Source: Arcobacteraceae bacterium
GTDB taxonomy: Bacteria > Campylobacterota > Campylobacteria > Campylobacterales > Arcobacteraceae
Direction: 5' to 3'
Assembly (NCBI GenBank): GCA_963662945.1
Contig: OY759974.1
Coordinates: 1,824,001-1,888,000, forward strand
DNA: 64,000 nucleotides
Part shown: piece after piece, positions 43,670 through 54,231 of the stretch
How positions within the stretch are numbered: position 1 is the first letter of the stretch
Layout of the letters: every line of letters begins with the position of its first letter
Notes under the pieces: generated by a model
Databases searched by the model: none
What the model was told of the DNA's origin: nothing
Seen by the model: only the letters and a program-made list of their open reading frames with translations
Translations under genes and position numbers: made by a program

Positions 43670-44860
43670 CTAGGTACGATAGTCGGCATTGATTTTTACA
43701 TACTCATACCCAAGGTCACAACCCCAAGCAGTAAAAGATCCATTTGCAATACCAATATCACAGGTAATTTTGAAACTACTTTCTTTTAAAACTTGTGCAG
43801 CTTCTTTTTCCAACTCTGCTGTAAATAGTATTTCACCTTGTTTATAAACTGTAACATTACCAAAAGTAATTGTAAGTTTTGTTTCATCACAAGCCATCCC
43901 ACTAGCCCCAATAGTTGAAGCGATTCTTCCCCAGTTTGGGTCTTCTCCAAAAAGTGCAGTTTTTACAAGTAATGAGTTTGATAATGCTTTTGCAATAATT
44001 TCTGCTTCATCATCATCTTTTGCCCCATTTACTTCAAATGCAACAGCTTTTTTTGCTCCTTCACCATCAGCAACCATTAACATAGCCATATCATGCATTA
44101 CAAGTCGTAAAGCTTCACAAAAAGCATCTTTGTCATAAGCATTTGATTTCCCATTTGCTAATAGTAATACAGTATCATTTGTAGAAGTATCTCCATCTAC
44201 ACTAATTGCATTGAAAGTTGTTTTACTATTTTTTACTAATAATTCTTTCATATCATTTTTTGGAATAGCAGCATCAGTACAGATAAAACAAAGCATTGTT
44301 GCTAAGTTCGGATTAATCATTCCAGCACCTTTAGCAATTGCACCTATTTTAAATGTTGATCCATCTTTTAATTTTACTTCATAAAAAGTAGTTTTCGGAT
44401 AGCCATCTGTTGTCATAATAGCTTGACTAAGATTTGTCCCATTTTTTTGTGTTAAATCAAATTGTAATGCCCCATTTAAAATTTTCTCTTGAGGTATTCT
44501 TACACCAATAACACCTGTACTACTCATAATAGGATTTTCAATTGTAGGAAATGTATTTTTTAAAGATGCAAAAAGATTATTGATATCTTCAATACCTTTT
44601 TCTCCAGTCATTGCATTTGCATTTTTAGAGTTAATAAGTACAAAATTTGTTTTAAAACTTTTATCATATCGTAAAAAATGTCGCAAAGGTGCTGCTTTAA
44701 AATTATTTTCTGTAAATACAGCTTCCACTTCACATAAACTATCAGTATAGATAAATCCCATGTCTAATTTATTATTAGCTTTAAGTCCGGCACTAATGCC
44801 ATTACAATAAAATCCATCTATATCACTTATTGTACCCTTAATAGGGAAAATACTAAACAT
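43670..44860 (-). CDS. argJ: Glutamate N-acetyltransferase/amino-acid acetyltransferase
   Basis: STGVIG, KGAGMINPNLATML, DGDTSTND, INADYRT. Confidence 0.96.
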   Translation of the reverse strand: MFSIFPIKGTISDIDGFYCNGISAGLKANNKLDMGFIYTDSLCEVEAVFTENNFKAAPLRHFLRYDKSFKTNFVLINSKNANAMTGEKGIEDINNLFASLKNTFPTIENPIMSSTGVIGVRIPQEKILNGALQFDLTQKNGTNLSQAIMTTDGYPKTTFYEVKLKDGSTFKIGAIAKGAGMINPNLATMLCFICTDAAIPKNDMKELLVKNSKTTFNAISVDGDTSTNDTVLLLANGKSNAYDKDAFCEALRLVMHDMAMLMVADGEGAKKAVAFEVNGAKDDDEAEIIAKALSNSLLVKTALFGEDPNWGRIASTIGASGMACDETKLTITFGNVTVYKQGEILFTAELEKEAAQVLKESSFKITCDIGIANGSFTAWGCDLGYEYVKINADYRT

Positions 44861-45986
44861 CTATTAATTCCTTTGGTTTTTGTTTTCTATTTATTAACAC
44901 TTTAGCTCTTGCTATACCCGCTTGATCACCTATAACTAAAAGTTTACACCCTTTTTGCACTTTTGTAGTTCCTTTAGGTGTTTGTATAAATTTTCCACTT
45001 GCTTCTGTTATCCCAATGATACTTACTTTTATCTTATCTCGTAAATGTGCATCTTGGATTGCTTGGTCTAAAAACCAACTATCATCATTTACATAAATCT
45101 CTTCCATATCAATAGGAGTATCTTTTTTATATAAAAATTCTTCTAAAACATTTTCCATATCTGGTCTTATTGCCATAGCACTTACTCTTTTTGCCATAAG
45201 TTCTGGTGGTGCAACTACTTTATTTGCTCCAAGTTTTTTAAGTCTTTCTATATCTTTCTTTGATTCTGCATTACAAATAATAAGAAAAGGATTCTTTCTC
45301 CCTAACTCTTTTTCATAAAGTCTTACAGAAGCTATAATTGTAATACTATCTGAGATATTTTTTGATAAAGAGATTACCCCTTTTGCACTTGAAAGATGTG
45401 ATTTTAAAAAAGCACGTTCTGTATAAGTTTCTTCTCTTACATAGTAAGGGTAGTTGTTTTTAGCTGCTATCTCTTCTAACTCATCAGTAGGATCAACAAT
45501 AACAAAAGGTATATGATTTTGTTTAAATTGCTCTGCTAGTTGTACTGTGTATTCATTATGATTGAATATTACAAAGTGATTACGAAGCCGTGCTATTTTA
45601 TATAACATATTTCTCTCCTTGTATAGGTCTAGAAATTTACCTTTTACTAATACTTGAATAAGTGTAGTAATCGATAAAGTAAATATTAAAAATCCAAATA
45701 TTATAAGGGTAATTGTGAATAATCTTCCAGCAGGTGATATAGGAGCAACTTCTCCGAATCCTACAGTTGTAAATGTTATACCTGTTTGATAAATCGCATC
45801 AAGAATAGTAAAATCATCAATAACCATATAACCAATGGTTCCAACCATCATGATTACTTGTAATAATATTAAAGGAAGTCTAAAGTGTTTAAATTGAGAG
45901 TATATCTCTTTGTCTAGGTTAAACTCTGGCTTAGAACTTCTGTAGTCCCAGCCAATAGCTTTTTTGATGTTTCTTATGTATTGCAT
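44853..45986 (-). CDS. Potassium channel protein (2 TM + RCK)
   Basis: TTVGFGE pore motif, TrkA_N/TrkA_C domains. Confidence 0.9.
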   Translation of the reverse strand: MQYIRNIKKAIGWDYRSSKPEFNLDKEIYSQFKHFRLPLILLQVIMMVGTIGYMVIDDFTILDAIYQTGITFTTVGFGEVAPISPAGRLFTITLIIFGFLIFTLSITTLIQVLVKGKFLDLYKERNMLYKIARLRNHFVIFNHNEYTVQLAEQFKQNHIPFVIVDPTDELEEIAAKNNYPYYVREETYTERAFLKSHLSSAKGVISLSKNISDSITIIASVRLYEKELGRKNPFLIICNAESKKDIERLKKLGANKVVAPPELMAKRVSAMAIRPDMENVLEEFLYKKDTPIDMEEIYVNDDSWFLDQAIQDAHLRDKIKVSIIGITEASGKFIQTPKGTTKVQKGCKLLVIGDQAGIARAKVLINRKQKPKELIDV

Positions 45987-46007
45987 AAAAACATCTTTAT
46001 TTTTTTC

Positions 46008-46196
46008 TTATGAATTCTTTTTAAGAGTTCTAAGTTCTTTTGCCGAGATTTTAATTTTTCTTGTAGTACCATCTTCTAATGATATTCTAACTGTTCTTAA
46101 ATTTGGTAAAAATTTTCTTCTTGTTCTGTTTTTCGCGTGACTCACGTTATTTCCAGACATTGGACCTTTACCAGAAAGCATACATCTTCTTGCCAT
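46008..46196 (-). CDS. rpmB: 50S ribosomal protein L28
   Basis: [27 protein letters not shown]. Confidence 0.97.
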   Translation of the reverse strand: MARRCMLSGKGPMSGNNVSHAKNRTRRKFLPNLRTVRISLEDGTTRKIKISAKELRTLKKNS

Positions 46197-46257
46197 TTTT
46201 ATTTCCTTGAGTGTAAAATTATTTGGAATGGTATCTAATAACTACTTAAAATAGTCT

Positions 46258-46554
46258 TTAACGTTTTGGAAAAAGTGAATCAAAGTCAATATCAAAGTAT
46301 CTATGAGGCTTATTATCAGTTTTCGGTCTCATTTTATCATAATTTTCACTAATATCACTATATTTTTCTTTTGTATTATCTAATAACATTCCTGCTAAAA
46401 TAAGAAGAATTAATAATATAGAAGTAATATAAACTATTACTTCACTTCCTATATAAATGTCAAATTCCTCAAATAGGTATTCTACTATTTTTTTTCGCGT
46501 AAAAAATACTACAAGTACGAGTATAACACAAACAAAGAAAACTATAGTATTCAT
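46258..46554 (-). CDS. Hypothetical membrane protein
   Basis: Two hydrophobic segments; 3 bp after the ABC-F gene. Confidence 0.6.
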   Translation of the reverse strand: MNTIVFFVCVILVLVVFFTRKKIVEYLFEEFDIYIGSEVIVYITSILLILLILAGMLLDNTKEKYSDISENYDKMRPKTDNKPHRYFDIDFDSLFPKR

Positions 46555-46557
46555 TTT

Positions 46558-48156
46558 TTATCCTTTATTTTGAGATTTAAACTCTAAATACTCTTCATAT
46601 GTTCCATCAAAATCAATAATAGAACCATCTTCTTGAATTTCCATAATTCTATTTGCAAATGCATCAAGTAACTCTCTATCGTGAGACACACAAATAACTG
46701 TTCCTTCATAAGATAATAATGCTTCACCAAGAGCAATAATAGCTTCTAAGTCAAGATGGTTTGTAGGTTCATCTAATAGTAAAAAGTTTCTTTTTTCAAG
46801 CATAATTTTACTAAGCATCATTCTATGTTTTTCACCCCCAGAACAATTCATAACTGATTTTTCTTGTTCTTCACCATTAAAAAGCATTCTTCCTAAACAA
46901 TTTCTAATTTCACCAATATCTGCTTGTCTATCAAAGTCTCTTAACCAGTTATAAAGTGTAATATCACCTTTTATAATATCAGTAGTATTTTGTGGAAAAT
47001 AACTTACAAGTGCAGTTGCTCCCCATTTTACCTCTCCACTATCTGGTTTTATTTTTTCCATTAAGATTTCACATAAAGTTGTTTTACCAGCACCATTTGG
47101 ACCAATTAAAGCTATTTTATCTTTTTTCTCCAACATAAAGTTAATGTCTTTTAAGATAACTTCACCATCGTAAGATTTACAAATATCTTTAACTTCTAGA
47201 ACCTCTTTTGAAATAGGTTTTTCTTGTTTAAATACAATTGATGGATCTCTTCTTGAGCTTACTTCAATTGCTGCTATATCTAACTTATCAAGTTGTTTTT
47301 GTCTTGAAGTTGCTTGTTTTGCTTTAGAAGCATTTGCACTAAATCTTGCAACAAAGGCCTCAAGTTCAGCTTTTTCTTTAAGTTTTTTATCTCTTTGAGC
47401 ATCTGCTTGTTTTGCTAATACAGTTGCTGCAATATACCAATCATCATAGTTTCCTGTAAACTCTCTAATTTTTTTGAAGTCAACATCAAGAATGTGTGTA
47501 CATACAGCATTTAAGAAGTGTCTATCGTGTGAGATAACTACCATAGTTCCTTCATGGTGTTGTAGTTGGTTTTCAAGCCAAGAGATAGTTTCCATATCAA
47601 GGTTGTTTGTAGGCTCATCTAGGAATAATACATCTGGTTTTGGAAAAAGTACTTGAGCAAGTAAAACTTTAAATTTATCTCCACCTGTTATTGTACTCAT
47701 TAAATCATTGTGTTGTGATGCAGGAAATCCAAGAGATTCAAGTATTTTTGTAATTTTTACATCATACTCATAAGTAGGGTCTTCTTCACAACAAATCATT
47801 TCTAATTCACCTAGCTTTTCACCAATCGCATCCGTATACTCTTCCATATAAAGAGCTTCTTTTTCTTTAATTGCATCATAAAGTCTTTTGTTTCCATAAA
47901 GAACAGCATCTGCTAGTGTGAAATCTTCATAAGCAAATTGATTCTGGCTAAGTACTCCCACTTTTTTTCCACTTTGTACTTGTACTTCACCATCTGTGAT
48001 ATCTTCAGTTCCACTTAGCATTTTTAAAAATGTTGTTTTACCAGCACCATTGGCACCTATTAGACCATATCTTTTCCCTGCGTCTAATGATAAGTTTATA
48101 TCCTGAAATAAAACTCTGTTACCAAATGATTTTTTTAAATTTACAACTTTTACCAT
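46558..48156 (-). CDS. ABC-F family ATPase (YbiT-like)
   Basis: Two ABC cassettes (GANGAGKT, GPNGAGKT; DEPTN twice), no TM. Confidence 0.92.
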   Translation of the reverse strand: MVKVVNLKKSFGNRVLFQDINLSLDAGKRYGLIGANGAGKTTFLKMLSGTEDITDGEVQVQSGKKVGVLSQNQFAYEDFTLADAVLYGNKRLYDAIKEKEALYMEEYTDAIGEKLGELEMICCEEDPTYEYDVKITKILESLGFPASQHNDLMSTITGGDKFKVLLAQVLFPKPDVLFLDEPTNNLDMETISWLENQLQHHEGTMVVISHDRHFLNAVCTHILDVDFKKIREFTGNYDDWYIAATVLAKQADAQRDKKLKEKAELEAFVARFSANASKAKQATSRQKQLDKLDIAAIEVSSRRDPSIVFKQEKPISKEVLEVKDICKSYDGEVILKDINFMLEKKDKIALIGPNGAGKTTLCEILMEKIKPDSGEVKWGATALVSYFPQNTTDIIKGDITLYNWLRDFDRQADIGEIRNCLGRMLFNGEEQEKSVMNCSGGEKHRMMLSKIMLEKRNFLLLDEPTNHLDLEAIIALGEALLSYEGTVICVSHDRELLDAFANRIMEIQEDGSIIDFDGTYEEYLEFKSQNKG

Positions 48157-48213
48157 AAAATATTTATCCTTTTTTCTTTTCTATTCTGTTATATTTTCCA
48201 ATTATATCGAAAG

Positions 48214-49266
48214 TTACCCTAATAATCTATTGATATCATTATAAAGTCCTAAACTCATAAGCCCCAATAATATAACCCATCCGCCAATTGTAAGGTTTAC
48301 TAATACTTTTTCACTAGGTTTTAGCCCTGTAATCATCTCATAAAGATTAAACACTATATGACCACCATCAAGTGCTGGGATTGGAAGAAGATTTAATACC
48401 CCTAAGTTTACAGATATAAGTGCTGTAATTGTTAAAAGTGCAACAAAACTATAAGCACTAGCATCACTGATAACTGTACCTATGCTAATAACTCCACCAA
48501 TCTCACTACTAGGTACTACCCCTTGAATGAGTTTTTGAACACCTAGAAAAATCATCTTACTAGCTTCTATTGTTTTATCGTAAGCAAAAGAGATTGCTTC
48601 AAGTGGTGAATAGTATATTGTCACTAATTTAGGAGCGGGTGCAATTCCTATCATTTTCTTTTGAATTTTTTCTTTAAACATATTCACTGAATCACTCATT
48701 TTAGGGTAGAGTGTTCTTGAGAGTAGTTTTTCATCTCTCTTGATAAAAAAAGTTAAACTTCCTTGAGAATTTTTAATAATATCACTTAAATCATCCCAAG
48801 TTTGAATTTTAGTATCATTAATTTTTAATATTTCATCATTTTCTTTCAATCCAGCTATACTAGCAGGAGAATTTTCTATAACTTTTCCTATGGTTGGTGC
48901 AATATGATTATTCCCTAAAAGCCCAATCATAATATAAATTACAAAAGCAAGTAAAAAGTTAGCAAATGGACCAGCTAAGAGTATAAGTATTCTTTGCATT
49001 GGTGTTTTTGTGTTGTAACTATCTGGATCATTGTTTGATAAAGCAGGGTTTAAATCTTCTTGCCCTTTCATTTTTACATATCCACCAAGAGGAATAAGTG
49101 AAAAAGACCAATCGGTTCCTTTATAGTGTTTTGTGATTAATCTTTTTCCAAATCCTATTGAAAATACATAAACTTTTACACCTAAAAGTCTAGCAACTGT
49201 AAAGTGACCAAGTTCATGTACAAAAACTAAAATTGATAAAACTATTATAAATGTTATAAATCCCAT
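48214..49266 (-). CDS. rseP: RIP metalloprotease RseP
   Basis: HELGH, AGPFAN, PDZ, NLLPIPALDGGH. Confidence 0.95.
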   Translation of the reverse strand: MGFITFIIVLSILVFVHELGHFTVARLLGVKVYVFSIGFGKRLITKHYKGTDWSFSLIPLGGYVKMKGQEDLNPALSNNDPDSYNTKTPMQRILILLAGPFANFLLAFVIYIMIGLLGNNHIAPTIGKVIENSPASIAGLKENDEILKINDTKIQTWDDLSDIIKNSQGSLTFFIKRDEKLLSRTLYPKMSDSVNMFKEKIQKKMIGIAPAPKLVTIYYSPLEAISFAYDKTIEASKMIFLGVQKLIQGVVPSSEIGGVISIGTVISDASAYSFVALLTITALISVNLGVLNLLPIPALDGGHIVFNLYEMITGLKPSEKVLVNLTIGGWVILLGLMSLGLYNDINRLLG

Positions 49267-49811
49267 TATTTTAAATAATCCCTTATATATTCATATCCAG
49301 AGTAAAGTGTAAGTGCAACAGCAAACCATAATAGTTCAGTGCCAAATGGCCAGTTCATAATTAAAAAACCTATTGCTATCATTTGCACAACAGTTTTTAT
49401 TTTTCCAGCCATTGTTGAAGCGACATCTTTCCCTTCACTTACAGCAACTACACGAAGACCAGTTATAAAAAACTCTCGTGTTAAGATAAGAAATACTGCA
49501 AATGCACTTGCACGATCTAAGACAATAAGTCCTATAAATCCAGCAAGTACTAACATCTTATCTGCAAGGGGGTCTAAAATTCCCCCAAGTTTTGTCATTT
49601 GGTCCCAGCTTCGTGCAATGTAGCCATCAAAAAAATCTGTAACTGAAGCAATAACAAAAATTAATCCTGCAAAATAATCAAACCAGCTAGGATGCCACCC
49701 TTCAAAGATAGGATTGTTTTGATCAATCATAAACCAAAGCATAAGTGGTGCTAGAACTATTCTAAAACCTGCTAATAGGTTTGGTAAATTTAAGTTTTTA
49801 GAGTTATTCAT
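49266..49811 (-). CDS. pgsA: CDP-diacylglycerol--glycerol-3-phosphate phosphatidyltransferase
   Basis: DFFDGYIAR..G..LDPLADK. Confidence 0.95.
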   Translation of the reverse strand: MNNSKNLNLPNLLAGFRIVLAPLMLWFMIDQNNPIFEGWHPSWFDYFAGLIFVIASVTDFFDGYIARSWDQMTKLGGILDPLADKMLVLAGFIGLIVLDRASAFAVFLILTREFFITGLRVVAVSEGKDVASTMAGKIKTVVQMIAIGFLIMNWPFGTELLWFAVALTLYSGYEYIRDYLK

Positions 49812-50578
49812 TATTTTTTAAAAGTTGTCCCACCATCAACAAGTAGTGTACTTCCAGTTATCCAAGAAGCTTCATCACTACATAAAAAGTAACAAGCACT
49901 AGCTAAATCTTCAGGTTGTCCCATTCTTCCAAGTGGAGATAGTTCTGCTGTTTTTGCTGCTACCTCTTCATAGTTTGTAAAAGCTTTTAATGCATCTGTG
50001 TCAATAGGTCCTCCACTTACTGCATTTACTCTAATTCCCATAGGTCCTAATTCTGTTGCAGCATATCTAACCATTGCTTCTACAGCTGCTTTATTTGTAC
50101 CATGTCCTGCATAGTTTTCAATATATACTAAATTTCCAGTAGAACTAAGACTTACTATAGCACCACCACCATTTTTTTCCATTCTTTTTGCAGCTTGTTG
50201 TGAACAGCATACAAAAGCATCAACAGTTGCAGTATAAATATTGTCTAAACCACGTGGCTTTAGTTTCATATATTTTCCATATCCACCAACAACAGCTCTA
50301 CCATAAATCATAGCATTTGAGATAAAATAATCTATAGTTTCAAAATCTTCATCAATTTTAGCAAATAACTCTTTTGCAGTTTCAGGTTCTAAGATATTGT
50401 ATGGGTAGTATCTAGCTTTAATACCATAAGTTGCTTCTAAATCAGCAGCGATTTCCTTCGCTGACTCTTCATTTGAATTGTAAGTAAAAGCTACATTGAT
50501 ACCCTCTTTGGCAAATCTATAAGCACAAGCTTTTCCAATACCTTTTGTTGCCCCTGTAATCACAAGTGTTTTTGACAT
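49811..50578 (-). CDS. SDR oxidoreductase (FabL/7-alpha-HSDH-like)
   Basis: TGATKGIG, YAGHGTNK, NAVSGGPIDTDAL. Confidence 0.85.
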   Translation of the reverse strand: MSKTLVITGATKGIGKACAYRFAKEGINVAFTYNSNEESAKEIAADLEATYGIKARYYPYNILEPETAKELFAKIDEDFETIDYFISNAMIYGRAVVGGYGKYMKLKPRGLDNIYTATVDAFVCCSQQAAKRMEKNGGGAIVSLSSTGNLVYIENYAGHGTNKAAVEAMVRYAATELGPMGIRVNAVSGGPIDTDALKAFTNYEEVAAKTAELSPLGRMGQPEDLASACYFLCSDEASWITGSTLLVDGGTTFKK

Positions 50579-50664
50579 TTAATTTTCCTTCTATAAAATA
50601 TAAATTATATGATTTTCTTGGATTATAGCTAAAAAGTGATTAATATATTATGGTATAATTTGAA

Positions 50665-52026
50665 ATGAATAAAAACCATTTAATAACTAATGATATAAAT
50701 AGTCTCATCAAACAAATAGCAATCCCTTCAAGTATAGGTATGTTTTTTAACACAATGTATAATGTAGTTGATACTTTTTATGTGGGTATGTTATCTACTA
50801 TTGCTATTACAGCACTTTCCTATAGTTTTATTGTGTATTTTATGTTACTTTCTATTAGCTTTGGACTATCATCTGCTATTACAGCTCATGTAGGAAATTC
50901 ACTTGGAAAATATAAAATAAAATTAGCAAAAATCTTTATAGCAAATGGTATAACTTTTGTAACAATAGTTGCATTACTCCTTTGTAGTATAGGATTTATT
51001 TTTGTGGAAGATATTTTTATATTGATGGGTGCTAAAGATGAAGCACTATATTTATCTCTTGATTATACCTATATAATACTCATAGGTGTCTTGCCAATGC
51101 TTATAGGTCTTGGGGCAAATGCAGTGCTTATAGCACGTGGAGATACAAAAAGTTATAGAAATACTTTGGTATTTGGATTTTTTTTAAATCTGATTTTAGA
51201 TCCGTTGTTTATGTATGGATATGGTTTTATCCCAGCTTTTGGATTTAAAGGTGTTGCTTATGCTACTGTTTTTATCCAGTTTATAACTTTTGGATATATT
51301 ATGTTCAAGCTTTATAAAACAACACTTTTTAACTTTCAAAATTTAAAATTATTTTTACCAGATTGCCGTGTGTATAAAAAAATTCTTGTACAAGCATTAC
51401 CTCAAAGTTTTAATATGTTTATCATGTCATTAGGAACAATGGTTGTTATGTATTTTGTTTCACAATACGGATATAAAAGTGTTGCTGCTTTTGGGATAGG
51501 GTATCGAGTAGAGCAGATTATACTTCTTCCTATGTTGGGATTAAATGTAGCGGTTAGTTCCATCGTTGCTAATAATTTTGGGGCAAAAAATTTTGATAGA
51601 ATTAATGAAGTGATAAAAAAGTCACTTATATATGGCTATATTATGAGTGGTATTGGAGTACTTTTTTTAGCACTAGCTGGAAAATATATCATCATGATAT
51701 TTGATAATGATACAGAAGTTGTATCTGTAGCATATATTTATGTGGTAGTTGAAAGTTTTATATTTTTTGCATATATCACAATATTTATCTCTAACTCTAC
51801 ACTTCAAGGGATAAAACAACCTTTTGTAATACCATATATTAGTTTTTACAGACAGATTTTTATGCCTGTACTTATCTTGTATTTTGTTGTAGATATTTTT
51901 AAACTTGATATTGTTTTCGTATGGATTGTGATGGGAGTTATTATCTATAGTGCCGCTTTTTTTATCTATTATTTTACGAAGAAGAAGTTGTTGGAGTTGG
52001 AGATAAATCTTAGAAAAAAAGAGTAA
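50665..52026 (+). CDS. MATE family efflux transporter
   Basis: 12 TM pattern, YNVVDTFYVG, GDTKS, NLILDPLF. Confidence 0.92.
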   Translation: MNKNHLITNDINSLIKQIAIPSSIGMFFNTMYNVVDTFYVGMLSTIAITALSYSFIVYFMLLSISFGLSSAITAHVGNSLGKYKIKLAKIFIANGITFVTIVALLLCSIGFIFVEDIFILMGAKDEALYLSLDYTYIILIGVLPMLIGLGANAVLIARGDTKSYRNTLVFGFFLNLILDPLFMYGYGFIPAFGFKGVAYATVFIQFITFGYIMFKLYKTTLFNFQNLKLFLPDCRVYKKILVQALPQSFNMFIMSLGTMVVMYFVSQYGYKSVAAFGIGYRVEQIILLPMLGLNVAVSSIVANNFGAKNFDRINEVIKKSLIYGYIMSGIGVLFLALAGKYIIMIFDNDTEVVSVAYIYVVVESFIFFAYITIFISNSTLQGIKQPFVIPYISFYRQIFMPVLILYFVVDIFKLDIVFVWIVMGVIIYSAAFFIYYFTKKKLLELEINLRKKE

Positions 52027-52041
52027 ATAGTTTAATTTTAT

Positions 52042-52281
52042 TTATTCTTTGATACTGTTACAAAAGATAATAGTCTTAGCAGTTTTACCATTTGTAAACA
52101 CACGATTTCCACCAATTCGCCAACCATTACTTTGTCTGACTGTCTCATCATCACATTGTATAGGTTTGTTGTCTCGAAAATCTTTGAGTAGTTGGGCTCG
52201 TCTATTCTTTTCATCGAAACCATAAATAACAATACAAATGAAAATAATAAGTGTGATATAGATTAATTTTTTATTTGTCAT
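52042..52281 (-). CDS. Small membrane-anchored hypothetical protein
   Basis: N-terminal TM, C..C pair; TATAAT 8 nt upstream of ATG. Confidence 0.65.
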   Translation of the reverse strand: MTNKKLIYITLIIFICIVIYGFDEKNRRAQLLKDFRDNKPIQCDDETVRQSNGWRIGGNRVFTNGKTAKTIIFCNSIKE

Positions 52282-52580
52282 AATGATATATTATAACTAT
52301 TGTTTGTTTGATTTTTAAATAATTATAAAAACTAACATTATGCAGTCTTATCACGATTTTACCTTAATATACACACATCATGTACTATTATCGTCTAAAT
52401 ATTCATATAAAACATACATAAAAATTCAATAATTAAGATTCATTTTTATTTCAAATTCCAATACTTTTTATAAAAAAATCTCTATAAGTACCTTATTTAA
52501 ATGTTTGTAGTCATTTTGATATACGACATATTTTGCGTATGTTATTTGTTGATTTTTAGGCTATCTTGTATATAATGTAT

Positions 52581-52599
52581 GTTCAATAAAGAGTTAGAC
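52581..52599 (+). mobile_element. attI-like integron recombination site
   Basis: GTTCAAT (degenerate inverse core) - 5 bp AAAGA - GTTAGAC (GTTRRRY core). Confidence 0.55.
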
Positions 52600-52676
52600 A
52601 ATGGATGAACTTATTATGTATAACTTTGTCCAAAACAATATAATGTATAGTTACACTAAGCAAGAGGAAAAACAAA

Positions 52677-54230
52677 TTGAATAAATGCAATATGAACTGT
52701 TATGGCAAATGTCAAAGAAAAGTCTATATAGATGATAGGTGTATATTGCATTGTTCTAAAAACGACTATCAAAAAGATCGTAATTCAGGGTTGCTATCTG
52801 TTTTCTATAATGAGCTTATAGATTATACAATCGAGCAACTATTTCTGAATAGAGAATTACTTGATGATAAATATTCAAAAGATGAAATTATAACTTATCT
52901 AAAAAGTGATAGATTTGAAAATGATGAATATAATGGGGCTTTAAAAAAGAGCATTTTTATCCCAAACTGTATTCACTTTCCAAAAAGAGATGGGCGAGAT
53001 ACATTTGATTATCTGAAAATTTTAAATCTGTTTGGTCAAATTCATTTTAACTATTGTGAATTTTATCTTTCTAGTTTAAATTTAAATAATATAGAGTGTT
53101 TTTTCCAAGATTGTAAATTTAATGATAGATGGACACTTTATGATTATAGAATATTAGAAAATGAAGACAATGTAATTTATCAAACTTGTGAATTTACAAA
53201 ATCAGTTTCAAATTATACACCTGATAGATCAACTGAATTAGCTATTTATAATTACTCTCAATTTGACTACACATGCAAATTCAATAAAAATTTAAAATTT
53301 GACAGATCTATTTTTAAAAATAGGCTTTTTAATACGGAACAAGATAATTTTCTTGATGAGAATTCAATAAAAATATTAGAGTTTAATAAGTGTGTTTTTG
53401 AGAAAGAATTTAAACTTAACCAATATACTATAGATATGTTTATTGTTCAACATAGTGAATTTAACGATACATTTGAATTTCAAAACAATAGTGTAAATGA
53501 TATAAAAATTCAAAACTCAGAATTTGAAAAAGTTTCAGTTTTTACGAATAGCAAATTTATTGATCTATATATAAGTGATAGTGTGTTTAATGAGAACATA
53601 GATTTTAAAAGTTCTATCTTTGGGGAAAAGAATGATTTAACTAAAATTCCTACCACTTTTAAATCTGTAATAATTCATAAATCAATAAATTTTAGAGATG
53701 CAAAATTTTATTATGGATTAGATATACCAGATACAAAAATAAATGACTTATCTAGTTTTTTAAATGCAGACTTGGCTATCGAATATACTCCAAGAGATAC
53801 TTTTAGAAGATTAAAACATGAATTCGATAGTATTGGGAATATTATTGAAGCAAACAAATTTTATCACAAAGAAATGCAAAAAATGGAAGAAGAGTTAAGA
53901 AAAGAACTTCCAAAAAGTTTTTTAGAATGGATAGTATTTCAAATGCATGGTATTTTTTCAAGACATTCTCAAAGTTGGATACGACCAATTATATGGATTT
54001 TGTTAATTAGTCTATTTTGTACTGCAAATATTCAAGACAATTTGATAGATACTATTTTTGCTACTTACTATTCAAATATACTCGATAATATTGCAAATTC
54101 TATAAATCCATTTTCTATTATGACCAGCAAAGACCCAATAACTTTTGGACTCTTAATATTCAAAGTCCTAATAGCCTACTTAATCTATCAATTCATAATT
54201 TCTATACGTCAAAATACTAGGAGAAAATAA
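52677..54230 (+). CDS. Pentapeptide-repeat-like protein with C-terminal membrane segments (cassette cargo)
   Basis: Cys-rich N-terminus CILHC; recurring F-xxx-F repeats; RRLKHEF..N..EANKFY..EM; two C-terminal TMs. Confidence 0.7.
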   Translation: MNKCNMNCYGKCQRKVYIDDRCILHCSKNDYQKDRNSGLLSVFYNELIDYTIEQLFLNRELLDDKYSKDEIITYLKSDRFENDEYNGALKKSIFIPNCIHFPKRDGRDTFDYLKILNLFGQIHFNYCEFYLSSLNLNNIECFFQDCKFNDRWTLYDYRILENEDNVIYQTCEFTKSVSNYTPDRSTELAIYNYSQFDYTCKFNKNLKFDRSIFKNRLFNTEQDNFLDENSIKILEFNKCVFEKEFKLNQYTIDMFIVQHSEFNDTFEFQNNSVNDIKIQNSEFEKVSVFTNSKFIDLYISDSVFNENIDFKSSIFGEKNDLTKIPTTFKSVIIHKSINFRDAKFYYGLDIPDTKINDLSSFLNADLAIEYTPRDTFRRLKHEFDSIGNIIEANKFYHKEMQKMEEELRKELPKSFLEWIVFQMHGIFSRHSQSWIRPIIWILLISLFCTANIQDNLIDTIFATYYSNILDNIANSINPFSIMTSKDPITFGLLIFKVLIAYLIYQFIISIRQNTRRK

Positions 54231-54231
54231 T

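Noticed and set aside
52038-52232. 64-aa minus-strand ORF
   Set aside because: Overlaps the more protein-like 79-aa ORF in another frame.
52282-52580. Divergent intI gene expected upstream of the attI-like site
   Set aside because: No minus-strand frame resembling an IntI N-terminus was found; the space is too short for an intact gene.
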